Assembly: GCF_009834535.1 (NCBI RefSeq)
Contig: NC_045696.1
Location: 86,492,001-86,556,000, forward strand
DNA length: 64,000 nucleotides
Direction of reading: 5' to 3'
From: Camelus ferus
Taxonomy: Eukaryota
This document shows positions 1 through 14,243 of this stretch, piece by piece. Position 1 is the stretch's first letter. Each line of letters begins with the position of its first letter. The notes below the pieces were generated by a model that searched no databases, had not been told where the DNA came from, and saw nothing but the letters and a program-made list of their open reading frames with translations. The position numbers and the translations under genes were made by a program.

Positions 1-705
1 TTTTTGCTGTTGAATGTTGAAAGTTATTTATATATTCTGGATAAAAATCATTTGTTGAACATGTGCTTTGTAAGTGTTCCTACCAGGCTCTGGCTTTTTA
101 TTCTTTTAAAAGTGTCTTATGTAGAGTAAATATTTTAAATTTTGATGAAATCTAATTTATCATTTGCTTTTATGCATATCATTTTATTATGGGTGTCATG
201 CTTAGCAACTCTCTGCCTAAGTCCAGGACATGAATATTCTTATGTGTTTTCTTCCAAAATAGTTGTATTTTACAAAATTTTATAAATTTTACATTTAGGC
301 ATCCATTTTTGAATCTTTTTCCTATAAGGTGTGATGTTTAGGTTGAGATTTGTATTTTTGGAAGTGGATGTCCATTTAAAAAGACAATTTAATTATTTTA
401 TACCTTTGTGAAAACAATTCACCATATTTGTGTGGATCTATTTCTGGACTCTGTCTTCTATTCCATCAATCTATGTGTTTATCTCTTCACTAAAGTCAGG
501 TGCTGTTTTTAAGAAATTTCTTCTTTTGTCAAAATTTTGTTAGTCATTCTAATTCCTTTACCTTTTTATATAACTTAAAATCAGATTGCTTATACCTATG
601 AAAATTTCTGCTGGAATTTTCATTCAGACTGTTAAATCTGCAGGTCAGTGTAGGCAGAATTATAATTTTTATTGTCTGAGTCTTCCAATCCTAAAACACA
701 GTAAA
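1..705 (-). mobile_element. Old L1 (L1M-type) ORF2 3' fragment
   Basis: Reverse-complement L1 ORF2 3' sequence (TATATTCTGGATA, CCATATTTGTGTGGATCTATTTCTGGACT, GTCTTCCAATCC), heavily degraded. Confidence 0.8.
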
Positions 706-1854
706 TTGATTGCTTTTTAACCAATTTTTATTTTCGTGAACATGCACACATATAATAAACCTATAGAATATGTAAATAACATTATGTTATATATATCATA
801 TCAACAATTTGATAGCAAATTTGAGTGGCTCAAAAATATGTTTTTGTAAAATAAAAGGGTAACCTACATTCTGTAAATAATTGGAATTACTTAATAGTTG
901 CCTAGTTTGTGTTTTTAAAAGCTGTTGACCAAAGCACCTCAAAATAAAAAATAGTTTTAAAAAAATGAAAAGAAGAAAAAGAAAAAGGAGCTGGATCAGC
1001 CTGAGCACACTTAAACGTGGACTCCAGTGTGTGTGTTTGTCTGTGTGTTAGAAAACTTTAATGTAGTAAGTTTCTAAGAATCTTAATCCAAATTCCCCCT
1101 TTTAAAGATGACCTGAAGACAGGATAAATTAAGCACGTTGTCAAAAGTCAATAACAATTCATTGTAAGACCTAGAACTAACTTTTAATTCATTACTATCT
1201 TACCCTATTCAACTGTACACAGACTTGTTTTACAGGTTGCACAGAAACAGGAACTCTACACCTAAGAAACATTTGAAACCTCACAACAAAGCGGATATTG
1301 TGAAAGTTCATCAAAAAGGTAACATTAATTTTAAGGTGACTTTCAAGATGTTTAGTGACAACAGGAGAATAGTTCTAAAATAATAATTCAATTTTCTGTA
1401 CAACAAATGGCTGCTCTGTTAAAGTATTTGGTCTTTATGAAGATAAATGAGACATAAAATTTTTTATGACTGCCATAGGGCAAGGTAAATTTAAATTTAC
1501 TTTATAAGAACTAACAGGATGTTTCTATTTTAGAAAAAGTGACTTTGTTTTTAATTGAATAGAGTAGTTTTAATCTCTGGTTTGTTCATTTTCATACATT
1601 TTCTTGTTTAAAGTCACCTCTTAATTTTGAGGACACAGAAACTTAAAAGACAAAAATTAAAGAGCTAAAAAGCTGTAACTATTTCAAGTCTTAGTTTATA
1701 TTCCTTAAACATTTCCCACATTTTGCAGAAAATTGGATAAAATCCGTATGCTGTTGAATTAAGGCAATTCTGTAATACAAATTGCATTCTAAAGAGGCAA
1801 GATTAGTTTTGAAGGGAAATTCTGAGTACTAAAGTTTATGCAGTGACTTCTGGC

Positions 1855-2355
1855 TGTAGCATATTGCAAGACAGTGCTGGAAACCTTCCATTAGCTCCCC
1901 TGCCCAGATGCATGCTCTACTTCTCCCTACCTTGGTGTTTTTTTCCTGAGACGCTGAGCTGTGTAGCCTGCGTGACAGGGATCCCTTGTCCCTTCTGCTT
2001 CCCTATGATCCAGCCAACACAGAGTACCAGAAGACTGGACTGTGGGAGAGTAAGGTAGGGAATTTTTCTCTCTGGCTTACTTGTTGATAAGTTGCTGAAG
2101 GCTGGCTATGCCTTTCTACCTCCTGTCAGAAATATTCACCATACACCTCTCTGTCTCCTGGATGTGGTAATCACTCCCTCCCATCATACCTTCAGGTGTA
2201 GAAATGGTACCTGACTATTACTTAGGAGGGAACTGCATTATTATTTTACAGTTTTCTTACTGCTCCAAACTTGTAGATATTACCTTTATTAAACTGTCTC
2301 CAAATTTACTAATTTAAATGTGTTATCTTTTTCTGCTGGAACCCGACTGATAAAA
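1855..2355 (+). mobile_element. ERVL solo LTR, LTR33-like
   Basis: Starts TGTAG. Internal CCCTTGTCCCTTCTGCTTCC and the 3' end CCTTTATTAAACTGTCTCCAAATT...GCTGGAACCCGACTGATA resemble the LTR33 consensus as recalled. Confidence 0.65.
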
Positions 2356-3282
2356 TGCCATTTTCAAATATCATGTAGAATTTGATACAAACAAAAATGT
2401 AAACTGATACAAAAATTATGAAGCACAAAATAAAATGAAATGAATAAAATGAACCCATTACCCAGTAAAAGAACTAGAAAATTGTCACCATCATGATACA
2501 TATCTAGATATGCATTGTACTTTCTTCCCTGTCTTCACCCAGAAGTCACCACTATCTGAATTTGGAACAGCTTTATTGCATACGTGCTGTGTATGTATAG
2601 ACAATACATTGTTTCTCTTTGCTTGATTCTGAGGTTTCTCAAAACAATTTTAAACTATTTACATCAAGTTTTTTAATAATTTTTATTTTCAAAGATTTTT
2701 CTGTGTTGTTGCATGTAGCTTTTGGTTCCTATTTTGAGCACTATGGTGAAATTCTTAGGAACATCTGTATACATGTTACCTAGGGCATATATGAAAAGTA
2801 ATTTTCTAAAATATATATCCATTAGTGCAATTACAGGATTTGGTATACAAGTGTTAAATTTCAAAAGAGGAGACAAAATTATTTCCAGGGAATTTGTGTC
2901 AAGTGTTATAGCTCTAAATAATTTTTATATCTAAATTAGTTCAGCAAAATAACAAAAAAGGAAAAGAAAGATAATATAACATATGCAGTACCAATTTGGA
3001 TTATAAACAAAAATAAAATGAAGCTTGATTAAATATATATATATGTATATAGTTAGTAATGCTATATAACACGCAGCATATAATTAATCATCTCATTGAC
3101 ATTGTACATGATAGTGACGTTAGCGCTACCAGATACATGTTGAAATATTCCAATTACATTTACTATGGTTATGAATATATTTGAATTTTCTCAAATACCC
3201 ACTTTTTCTTTGTATTTTCCTATTTTTCTATGATGTCTTTTCTTTCCTTTTTACCCTTTAAAATAATTGAGAGGAAGGAACT

Positions 3283-4380
3283 AATTAAATGGCACCTAAT
3301 TAAACTTAAAAGCTTTTGCACACTAAAGGAAGCCACCGGCAAAATGAAAAGACAACCCACTGAATGGAAGAAAACAATATGACCAATAAAGGATTAATAT
3401 CAAACAGCTCATACAACTCAACATCAGAAAAACAAACAACCTGATTGAAAATGGGCAGGACTGAATAGACATTTTTCCAAAGAGGAAATGCAGATGTCCA
3501 ACAAGCATATTAAAAGATGCTCAACATCACTAATCACCAGGGAAATGCAAATCAAAACCACAATGAGATATCACCTCACATCTGTCAAAATGGCTACCAC
3601 AAAAAAGAGCACAAATAACAAATATTGGCAAGGATATGGAGAGAAGGGAACCCTCATACACTTTTTGTGGGAATGTAAATTGGAGCAGCCACTGTGGAAA
3701 ATAGTATGAGGGTTTCTCAAAAAAATAAAAATAGAACTATCATATGACCCAGCAATTTCACTCCTGGAAATGTACCCCTCAAAAACAAAAACACTAATTC
3801 AAAAAGATATTTACACCCCAATATTCATAGCAGCATTATTTACAACTGCCAAGATAGGAAGTAACCTAAGTGCCCATCAACAGATGAATGGATAAAGAAG
3901 ATGTGGTATATATATACAATGGAATGTTACTCAGCCATAAAAAGAATGAAATTTTGCCATTTGCAACAACATGGATGGACCTGGAGGGTATTATACTAAG
4001 TGAAATAAGTCAGACAAAGACAAATACTGTATGATGTCACTTACATGTGGAATCTGAAAAATACAGCAAACACTGGATATGACAAAAAAGAAGCAGAATT
4101 ACAGATACAGAAAACAAACTAGTGGTTACCAGTGGGGAGAGGGTAATGGGGAGAGGCAATAGGGAAAGTAGGGGATTGAGAGATATAAGCTATTATGTGT
4201 AAAATAAACTACAGTGATATATTGTACAACACAGGGAATATAGACAGTATTTTATAATAACTATAAATGGAGTATAACCTTTAAAATTGTGACTAACTAT
4301 ATTGCACACCTATAATTTACATTATTTTGTATATCAACTATACTTCAATAAAAAGTTTAAATAAATAAAAAATAAAATAA
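3283..4380 (+). mobile_element. 5'-truncated L1 (ORF2 C-terminus + 3'UTR + A tail)
   Basis: ORF 3488-3709 ([25 protein letters not shown]) is the L1 ORF2 C-terminal region. AATAAA and an A-rich tail follow; possible TSD TAAAATAATT at 3259 and 4373. Confidence 0.93.
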
Positions 4381-4669
4381 TTCAGTGATACTTGCTTGTT
4401 CGTTTGTTCTTATTTTATTTTTACTTCCCTATTTGTTTGGCCATCATATAAACAAACTTTAGCAATTACATATTGATTATTACCTTCAATTTTTACAATG
4501 CATATTTGTAAAAATCTATAGTTAATAATTTCATCCTCCCCAAAGTGAAATGACCTTAAAACACTTTATTTCAAATCCTTCTCTCCCATATTACAGGTGA
4601 TTCTTTTGTAATATTTAAGATTAAAAAAAATTTACACATGCTATTATAATTTCTATAAAGTAGTAGTCA

Positions 4670-4930
4670 TAGTAATATCAGTATCTAACAGTTATGGAGC
4701 TTTCTATGCATCAAACACTCAGTCACACCCTGTAGTCCATTTACTGATTTAATCCTTGCAAAACCCCTCTAGCATAAACTATTATTATCCTTCATTATAC
4801 TGGTGAGGAAGCTGAGGCATAGAGTAGATAAATAACTTTACCTATGTTAATCATCTAATGAGGGCAAGAGGTGATTTAAAAATCGGACTATTTAAGCACA
4901 TAACACACTTTTAATTATTATGCTGCACAG
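4670..4930 (-). mobile_element. MIR SINE
   Basis: ATTATTATCCTTCATTATACTGGTGAGGAAGCTGAGGCATAGAG matches the MIR core in reverse orientation. Confidence 0.8.
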
Positions 4931-4939
4931 TAGAAAATA

Positions 4940-5900
4940 TGTATTTAGATTTACCTCCAATTTATTAATTATTCTGATTGTTTACATTTATTATTGCAAT
5001 TTAAAACTTTCTTCTAGAATCATTTGTGTTCTCTCCAAAGACATTTTTTGGAATTTATTCTAGCTTAGGGTTGTTGCTATTAAAATCTCTTAGGTTTTGT
5101 TACCAGAAAATGTTCTTTTATTTCATTTGTTAAAGAGAGTTTTGTAGGTTATTTTATCTCAGTGCTTTGAAGATATTATTCCACTTTTTTCTGACTTTTA
5201 GATTTGCTGCTGAAAATAATGTTGCCAGTTTAACTGCTGTTCCCTTCTCTGGCCAACTCTAAGATCTTCTCTTTGTCTTTGATGTATTTGAGTTCATTGA
5301 TGTTTCATTTCAATATGCTAAAGGTGGATATCTTATTTTATTGCTTCGTCTTACCTGCATTTGAAGTTTGTATTTCTCAAATATTTTGTAAAGTTCCCAT
5401 CCACTATCCCTTCAAATAATAGCTTTTTTATTTTCTCTATTCTTTCCTTCTGAAAATCTACTTTGGTGTATGTTACAGTATCTTACACTGTCCCTTTTAA
5501 ACATTACTTTCTTTTATCCTTTTCCATCTTCTTTTGTCTTTGATGTGAATCATCAGTAATTTTTTTCAGTATATTTTCCAAGTTATTATTTCAGCTGGCT
5601 TGAAACTGTTATTTAAATAGTTAGCTTTTAATTTAAATAATTACTTTTAAAATATTCTATTTAGTCTTTTACAAGTCTGTATGGTTATATCTTAGTCTCT
5701 GCTTCTTGCTTATTTTTATATTTCCAGTTTTAATTTCTTTAACCACTTCACATGCAGTGATTTTATATACTGTATTTGATACTGTATTCATTCAAATTTA
5801 CAAAACCTTTGGGGGTAAGAATTTGTGTGGTTTATTTAAATATTTATTTCATTGTGTTTTTCATCACTCTATGCTTAGTTATCTTGGATTTAAATCTTCT
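4940..5900 (-). mobile_element. Old L1M ORF1-region fragment
   Basis: CAGTGCTTTGAAGATATTATTCCAC and AAGATCTTCTCTTTGTCTTTGATG are typical antisense L1M ORF1 sequence. Confidence 0.7.
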
Positions 5901-5924
5901 ACTTAGCTGTCTTTGAACTTTGTT

Positions 5925-6140
5925 ATTCATTAATTTAATGAATAAATATTTAGTAAGCACCTGAAAAAATTCAGGCATTGTTCTAAACACTGAGAATACT
6001 GAAATAATTTAGAACATAAAGTTTTACGTTCATTGAGCTTATATTCTAGTGGGGAAAATATATTTTTAATAATTAAATGAATAAGTAGTATATTTTCAGT
6101 TAGCAAGAGTCAAAACAGGAAAAGCAAGAGAAGGAAGTGA
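5925..6140 (-). mobile_element. L2 3' end fragment
   Basis: ATTCATT...AATAAATATTTAGTAAGCACCT...CAGGCATTGTTCTAAACACTGAGAATAC. Confidence 0.7.
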
Positions 6141-6699
6141 GTGACTCAAGATTGTTCAGCTCACATGTGTATTCCAACGTGTAAGGCAGTATCCAGCACA
6201 CACTAGGAATTTGTTTTTAAAACAATTGAATTAGAAAATTCTAGAAAATACAGTGCCTCTAAAAGAAATCTTATGTTAATTTTTTATAATAATTCTCCTG
6301 AGGATAATACAATCATCTGCTATTGACCTTTACTGAATATGAATACGTTGTTGAATATTGTACTGATACATTATTTGTGTGCCAATTCAACAGCTCAGCA
6401 AAGCCTGAAAAGAGGGAGAAGATGAAAAGTTAATTTAGAGAAACAAAAAAGGAAAGGAGAGAAACTGTGGACAAAGAAATGTGTAGCTTTTTTGGGGGAA
6501 ATTTTTTCTTTAATTTCCCAGTTGCCTTCTGACATGTAAACTGTCCTGTTTCTGTGGCATTTTTTTCTCATTATTATCTCTGACTTTGAGCTTTCCTCTT
6601 ATCTTCCTCATCTTCCTTCCACTTACCTGTAAACATGTTGTAAAGTTCTGTCATTGCCACTTTGCATTCTATACTTTTTTTGGATGATTTTCTTGTGCT

Positions 6700-6920
6700 T
6701 TTGAACACTATTTCAGGACTTTTTTTTTCATTGATATATATGTTTCTGTCTTTACACCAATACCATATTGTTTTGATGACTGTAGCCCTATAATATTGTT
6801 TGAGATCGGGCAGTGTGATGCCTCTATGTTCTTTCTCAAAATTGCTTTTGCTACTGAGAGTATTTTGTGGGTCCACACAAATAGGATTGCTTTTTCTATT
6901 TCTGTGAAAATTGCCTTTGA
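6700..6920 (-). mobile_element. L1 ORF2 fragment
   Basis: ORF 6574-6876 contains [22 protein letters not shown], an L1 ORF2 motif. Confidence 0.85.
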
Positions 6921-7229
6921 TGATGATATCTAAATAATTCTTTTTGTCTTGTTAATTTCTTCCTTAAATATCTGACCTGGATTTCTCTTCCTTTTCTTTT
7001 TTAAATCTTTAACCCTCTTGGAAAGCAAAATCTCATTTTTCTTTGTATCCAAGTTCCCAGCAGAAGGACTACCACAGACTTGCTGGTATTCAACAAATGT
7101 TTGAATAGTGGGGGATATTAAAACCTAACAAGTTTCATTTGCCAGAGTGCTATCCTGGTAATTATTATGTTTTATTATGATTGTTTTTTGCATGTGACTG
7201 ACTACCAAAGCAAGTGGTTACCTTGAGGA

Positions 7230-7410
7230 CAGGATAGAACTGAAAGATAGAATATAGGACACCTAGTTAAATTTGAATTTTAAATAAATAACAAATAATT
7301 TTTCATAATGAATTTGTTCTGGATTCTAAAACAAGCATTTTTTTTTCTCATCTGAAATTCAATTTTAACTAGTGGTTATGTAGTTTTACTTTCTACATAT
7401 GGCAATACTA
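7230..7410. mobile_element. Palindromic hAT MITE, MER53-like
   Basis: Inverted arms CTAGTTAAATTTGAATTT ... TGAAATTCAATTTTAACTAG; ends GGCAATACTA. Confidence 0.7.
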
Positions 7411-9509
7411 TGACTGGAGAATGCCATTTACCCTTGTCTGCATTGAAGTACCTAGTACATATCAGACACTTAATGTTAGTGAAACACATGCTCTGTGGGA
7501 AGGAAAATGCATAAATAACATATTCAAGGAGCTACTCAGGGGCTCAGAGGGTACTGGAATGGTAATAGGAGGCCAGATACGGTTGGAAAGTAGAAAGAGG
7601 GCCCAGAGGGTTGGAGGACATTAAAGGTCATATCTACCTATTTTAAATGCTGTGGCATATTGATCCTGAGTATCAATAGTCAATATCTTCAGAACCAGAA
7701 AACACTTAATTATTTAATATGAATTATACTTAGGAGAGGAATGAATTGTTTCAGACTTTTCCACATACTGTAGACATTTCTTTATCTAAGACATAACATA
7801 GGTCTGCACAATATGCTGGCTCAAAATAATTTATGTCTGAACGAGACATAAAATTCAGGCATGCATAAATTAAGAATCCATTTATTTTGATGCCTTTTTT
7901 GCCAAGTTATACATACCTAAATGACCATCTTTCCAAAAAATTATTTTCAGTGTGTAGTAAACTCATGTTTCAAAAAAGAACCAAAAAAAATGTGTATAGC
8001 AATTCATTTAATATATCATAAAACAGATGTCTTCAGTGTGTTCTGTTGCACTTAATAGAAATGAAAATTAGGAATTGTCGCTATTGATTGATAATCCTGC
8101 TATCAAGCCCCTGGCAGCTTACATCAATGTTAAATAGTCTGAACTTTTCACAGAGTTCTGGAGGTGAACAGGCAAAAAAAAAAAAAAAAAAAAAAATGTT
8201 GCTTTAAACAAGTGCCCTAGGACAGAAAAGCCCCTACAAATTTTAAACCTGGTAGCTATGGTCATGATAAAAGTCATCAAAATATAGGCCCTATTATATT
8301 TCTTTAGAATAGTGCTTCTCACATTACGGACAAGAGACATTTTCACTTTAACAGAGTCTCACAGAACGGTGAGCCTAAGGTCTGTTGGAATATAACTCCC
8401 AATCCTATCACATTCTCAAAAGCAGGTTAGGATTTAGAATAATGCTAGTCTAACACTAATGAGTTTAATGATACTGATGTAGTTTGTGGCTTTTAAGCTA
8501 CATAATCCCAGTACTGATATTTTTTCATGTAAAAGACATCATATCACTTTTCTTAAAATCATTATTGTACTCATAGTTTACACTGGGAAGAACAAAACCT
8601 GCTCTCCAGAGTGAGAAAGGTACCATAAGAAGGGTCTCATGTCCTCAAACGTGTTTTTAACTTTTTCTACTGCAAAAGATTCAATACCCTTATTTTCATG
8701 ATGTCAGGTAAAAATTTAAAAAACTATGATGGCTTTGATATATTAAAACAGTAGTAAAATTGTTAAGATTTATCAGGGAATCTAATTCATTGGGAGCTAC
8801 TTTTTCACGTTATTTCTTGAGAACTGTTTTTGAGTAAAAATGTAGGTCAGAACCTTTGAACAAGATGACAAAAGGTAAAGTATGGAGGACAGAGGATAAA
8901 TAGTAGAAGTAGTAAGAGTTCAGACATAAAAAAGAATTTGACCAACTTAACAATTCTAATATAAAATGACATCATGCTTTAGTTCTTTCTTTATATCTGC
9001 ATAATTCCTTCTTATTTCCAAACACTGAGACTGTTTCTGCACTCACATAGAGTGAGTAGAATTCGTTCCCTCTGGTTCTCATTTAGTCTATGATGCCAAT
9101 AACCTCCAAACAGGCCTCAGCTCCAATTCAAACTTCCCAGGAAAAGATTACCACTCTTGGTTAAATGTCCACATTCGGATCAATCAAATAATGCTGAAGA
9201 GGACACTTTTGTCACTAAGTTGAAGGTAGTGGTACACTTTGCAGTGAACAAAGAGCCAGGACAAACTTCTAGTCTTCTCAACTACATTTTGCCTCTTACC
9301 TATACAAGTGCACACATACATGTACACACACACAAACACACATACCCTTCTTCCCTTACATTCAATTCCTGCAAAATCCAATTATTCATCTAATAGCCAG
9401 AACTGTGCCCATCTGTTTCCCAAAAGGAAATATCCTACAGTGATATTCTAAAGTAATGCTGGTAGTAAGATGTCCTTGGTAGTTTTTCTGAGTCCTCCAG
9501 AAAGTAAAT

Positions 9510-9990
9510 TTTTACACTTACTTTAGGGAACTGTTTGGCAGTATCTACTAAAGCTGAACACATATACATCCAAATCCAAGCAATTGTACTTCTAGGTATA
9601 GAGCCAACAGAAATTAAACCAAAAGACATATACAAAATATTCAGAGCAGTATTATTCATAAATACTAGAATACTGGAAGCAACCATTTATCAAAAATAGA
9701 ATGAATGTATTGTGCTATATTAACATAATGAAATACTATTCCAAAATGAAAATATATAAACTTCTGCAATATGCAAAAACAGTTGTAAATTTCATGAACA
9801 TAATATTGCCAAAGGAAATGAGACATGAATGGATATGGTATTTATAAATTTGTACATATTTTAAAAGAGGAAAAAGTAATGTAAGATGATAGAAATAGGA
9901 TAGCCATTTCAGTCTGGGAGGGTGAAAAGAAAAATAGCCACAAGAAATACTTCTAGTTATGGTCTATTATATGCAAGAAAGGGAAAAGCA
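9510..9990 (+). mobile_element. Old L1 (L1MC/ME-type) 3' fragment
   Basis: GGAACTGTTTGGCAGTATCTACTAAAGCTGAACA...GCAATTGTACTTCTAGGTATA. Confidence 0.75.
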
Positions 9991-10188
9991 GGCTTTGAAT
10001 TAAAGGCCAGCCTTGGTACTATCAGCTTTAACCGTATTGATAAAATAAAAGACCTTGCTATTTCCTCAACAAAGTTATGCATAAATAATCACTTTTGTTG
10101 GGGATATGTAATATTCAAACAAAAAAGTAAACCAAATACATGAATGTTAAGGTAATATGCATTAGGATATGTCAAGAAATTTGCCAAA

Positions 10189-13100
10189 GTTTGGATATTA
10201 AAACAAGAGCCTACAATATGCCGCCTATATGAGACCCATTTCAAGGTGAAGGACATACATAGATTGAAAGTGAAGGGATGTAAACAGACATTTCATGCAA
10301 ATGGAAATGACAAGAAAAGTGGGAGTAGCAATACTTATATCAGACAAAATAGACTTTAAAACAAAGACCATAAAGAAAAAGACACTATATGATGATAAAA
10401 GAATCAATACAAGAAGAGAATATTACACTTGTTAATATATATGCATCCAATATAGGAGCACCTAAATAAAACAAATACTAAAACACATAAAGGGAGAAAC
10501 TGAGGAGAATACAATGATAATAAGAGACATTAGCATCCCACTGACATCAACGGACAGATCTTTCAGATAGAAAATCAATGAGGCAACAGAGATCCTAAGT
10601 GACCCAACAGAACAGTTAGACTTAATTGATATTTTCAGGACATTACATTCAAAAAAATCAGAATACACATTCTTTTCAAGTGCACATGGAACATTCTCTA
10701 GGATAGGCCACAAGCTTGGACACGAAGCAAGCTTCAACAAATCTGAGAGTATAGAAATTATTTCAAGCATCTTTTCTGGAAACAACAGCATGAAACTAGA
10801 AATCAACCACAGAAAAAGAAATGACTAAAAAATAAAAAAAGATTATGTGGAGACTAAACAAATGCTACTAAAAAACCAATGGGTCAACAATGAAATCAAA
10901 GAGGAAATTTAAAAAATACCTTGAGACAAATGACAATGAAAACAGAATAATACAAAATCTATGGGATGAAACAAAAGCAGTCCTAAGAGGGAAGTGCACA
11001 GCAATACAGACCTTCCTCCAAAAATAAGAAAAATCTCAAATAAACGCCCTCACCTATCAACCTAAAATAATTAGAAAAGAACAAACAAACCCTAAAGTCA
11101 GCAGAAGGAAGGAAATGATAAAGCTCAGAAAGGAAATAAATAAAATAGAGATTTAAAAAATAGAAAAATCAATAAAACCAAGAACTGGTTCTTAAAGGAT
11201 AAACAAAATCAGCAAACCTCTGGGCAAGGTCACCAAGAAGAAAAGAGAGAGGACCCAAATAAATAAAATAAGAAATGAGAGAGGAGAAATAACTACTGAT
11301 ATTGAAGAAATTTAAAAAAAAAAAGAATATTATGAACAATTGTGCCAACAAATTGGACAATCTAGAAAAATGACAAGTTTTTAGAACTATAAAGCCCACC
11401 AAAATTGAATCAAGAAGAAATAGATAATCTGAACAGACCAGTCACTAGAAGTGAAATAGAATCTGCAATAAAAACAAAAACAAACTCCCTGCAAACAGAA
11501 GTCCAGGACAGATGGCTTCATTGGGGAATTCTACCAAGCATACAAAGAACTTGCACTGATCCTTCTCAAACTCTTTCAAAAGATTGAAGAGAAGTGAATA
11601 CTTCTAAACTCATTCTATGAAGACACCATCACCCTGATACCAAAACCAGACAAAGACACTATCAAAAAAGAAAATTACGGGCCAATGTCTTTGATGAATA
11701 TAGATGTAAAAATTCTCAACAAAATATTAGCAAACCAAATTCAACAATACATAAAAAAGATTGTACAATATTAGCAAGTTGGATTCATCCCAGGGTCACA
11801 AGGATGTTTCCACATATGCAGATCAATCCATGTGATACACCACATCAACAAAAGAAAAGGAAAAAATCACGTGATCATTTTAATAGACGTAGAAAAAGCA
11901 TTTGATAAATTCCAACATCCATTCATGATAAAAACTCTCACCAAAATGAGTATAGAGGGAGCATATCTCAATATAATAAAAGCTATTTATGACTAACACA
12001 CAGCCAACATAATACTCAGTGGAAACAAGGTGAAAGAATTCAGACTAACATCTGGAACAAGACAAGGATGCCCAGTCTCACCACTTCCATTCAACATAGT
12101 ATTGTAAGTCTTATTCATAGCAATCACACAAGAAAAAGAAATAAAAGTTATCCAAATTGAAAGAGGAAATGTAAAATTGTCATTATATGCAGACGACATG
12201 ACACTATATATTGAGAACTCTAAAGACTCCACACATAAACCACTAGAGCTGATAAACAAATTCAGCAAGGTAGCAGGATATAAGATTAACACACAGAAAT
12301 CTGTTGCATTTCTTTATACTAACCATGAAATATCAAAAGGGAAAGCTTAAAAAAAAATCCCTTTTAAAATTGTTTCAAAAAATATTAGGAATAAATCTGA
12401 CCAAGGAAGTGAAAGACATATGCTGAGAACTACAAAACATTGATAAAGGAAATTAAAGATGATTCAAAGAAATGGAAAGATGTCTCATGCTCTTGGATTG
12501 GAAGAATTAATATTGTTAAAATGCCCATACTACTCAAAGCAATCTACACATTTAATGTGATCCCTACCAAATTACCCAGGACATTTTTCACAGAACTAGA
12601 ACAAATAATTCCAAAATTTACATGGAACCATAAAAGACCTGGAATTGCCAAAGCAACCTTGAGGAAAAAGAACAAAGCTGAAGGCGTACCCCTCCCAGAC
12701 TTCAGAAAATACTGCAAAGCTATAGTAATCAAAACACTACTGGCACAAAAACAGACATATGGATCAATGGAATAGAATAGAGAGCTTAGAAATAAACCCA
12801 CAGACTTAACTGGTCAATTAATCTTCGACAAAGAAGGCAAGAATGTACAATGGAGAAAAGACAGTCTCTTCAGCAAGTAGTGTTTGGAAAGCTAAATAGC
12901 CTCATGTAAATCAATGAAGTTAGACCACTCCCTCACACTATAAACAAAAATAAACTCAAAATGGCATAAATATAAGACATGACACCATATGGGAATCTAG
13001 TTTGGTGCAGCCATTATGGAAAACAGTATGGAGATTCCTCAAAAAACTAAAAATAGACTTTACATATAATCCAGCAATCTCACTCCTGGGCATATATCTG

Positions 13101-14045
13101 GAGGAAACTCTAATTCAAAAAAATACATGCACCCCAATGTTCATAGCAGCACTATTTACAATAGCCAAAACATGGAAATGATCTAAATGCCCATGAACAG
13201 ATGACTGGATAAATAAGTTGTTGTGTATTTATACAATGGAATACTATTCAGACATAAAAAATGAATAAAGTAATGTCATTTGCAGCAACATGGATGGATC
13301 TGGAGATGATCATTCTAAGGTAACTAAGCCAGACAGAAAGAAAAATACAATATGATATCATTTATATGTGGAATCCAAAAAAAAAAAAAAAAAGACACAA
13401 ATGAACTTATTTATGAAACAGAAACAGACTCAGACATAAAAAACAAACTCATGACTACTAGGGAGGAAAGGGGTTGGGAAGGGATAAAATGGGAGTTCAA
13501 GATTTGCAGATACTAACTACTATATGTATAATAGATAAATAACAAATTTATATTGTATAGCACAGGCAGCTATATTCAATATCTTGTAGTAACCTATAAA
13601 AATAATATAAAAAGGAATATATATGTATATGTATGACTGAAATACTATGCTGTGCACCAGAAATTGACACAACATTGTAAACTGACTATACTTCAATTTA
13701 AAAAAAAGACACCATAAAACTACTAGAAGAGCTCATAGGCAAAATATTCTCTAACATAAATCATTGTTTTGGTTAGATCAGTCTCCTAAAGCAATAGAAA
13801 GGGGAGAAAGGGGATTGAGGGAGATAAGTCAGGAGTTTGGGATTAGCAGATACAAGTGACTATATATAAAATAGATAAACAAGTGTCCTACTGTATAGCA
13901 CAGGGAACTATATCAATATCCTGTAATAAACCATAACAAAAAAGAAGATGAAAGAGTATACATATATAACTAAATCATTTTGCTGTACATCAGAAACTAA
14001 CACATTGTAAATCAACTACACATCCATAAAAAAGAAAAAGAAAAA
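10189..14045 (+). mobile_element. 5'-truncated L1 with decayed ORF2 (EN and RT regions), a nested insertion and an internal deletion
   Basis: ORF2 fragments ([27 protein letters not shown]) are broken by stops and frameshifts. TSD AAGAAATTTGCCAAA (10174-10188) / AAGAAACTTTCCAAA (14046-14060). Confidence 0.95.
12990..13707 (+). mobile_element. Younger L1 3' end nested inside the 10.2-14.0 kb L1
   Basis: Has its own 3'UTR and A tail. Perfect TSD GACACCATA at 12981-12989 and 13708-13716; host ORF2 sequence resumes afterwards. Confidence 0.92.
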
Positions 14046-14243
14046 AAGAAACTTTCCAAAATACAGCTTTCATAATATCCTTTTATCTAATATATTCTAC
14101 TGCAATCTTCACTTTATTAATGTGAATTTATAGGTAAAATCTTTAGTGAGATATGTTTGCCGTCACAACCACCATGTTCATAAAGTAAACATAACATGTT
14201 AGTAGGTTTTTTTAGAGACAGATATTTTAAGTGTACTATCAAA

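Noticed and set aside
993..1010. 14-nt match (ATCAGCCTGAGCAC) to the LTR repeat at 15.45 kb
   Set aside because: Too short and without flanking similarity.
1236..1318. Plus-strand exon-like segment (ttttacag|...AAAAAG|gtaaca; LHRNRNSTPKKHLKPHNKADIVKVHQK)
   Set aside because: Isolated, with no partner exons or recognisable protein. It shows that such patterns also arise on the other strand, so it is left uncalled.
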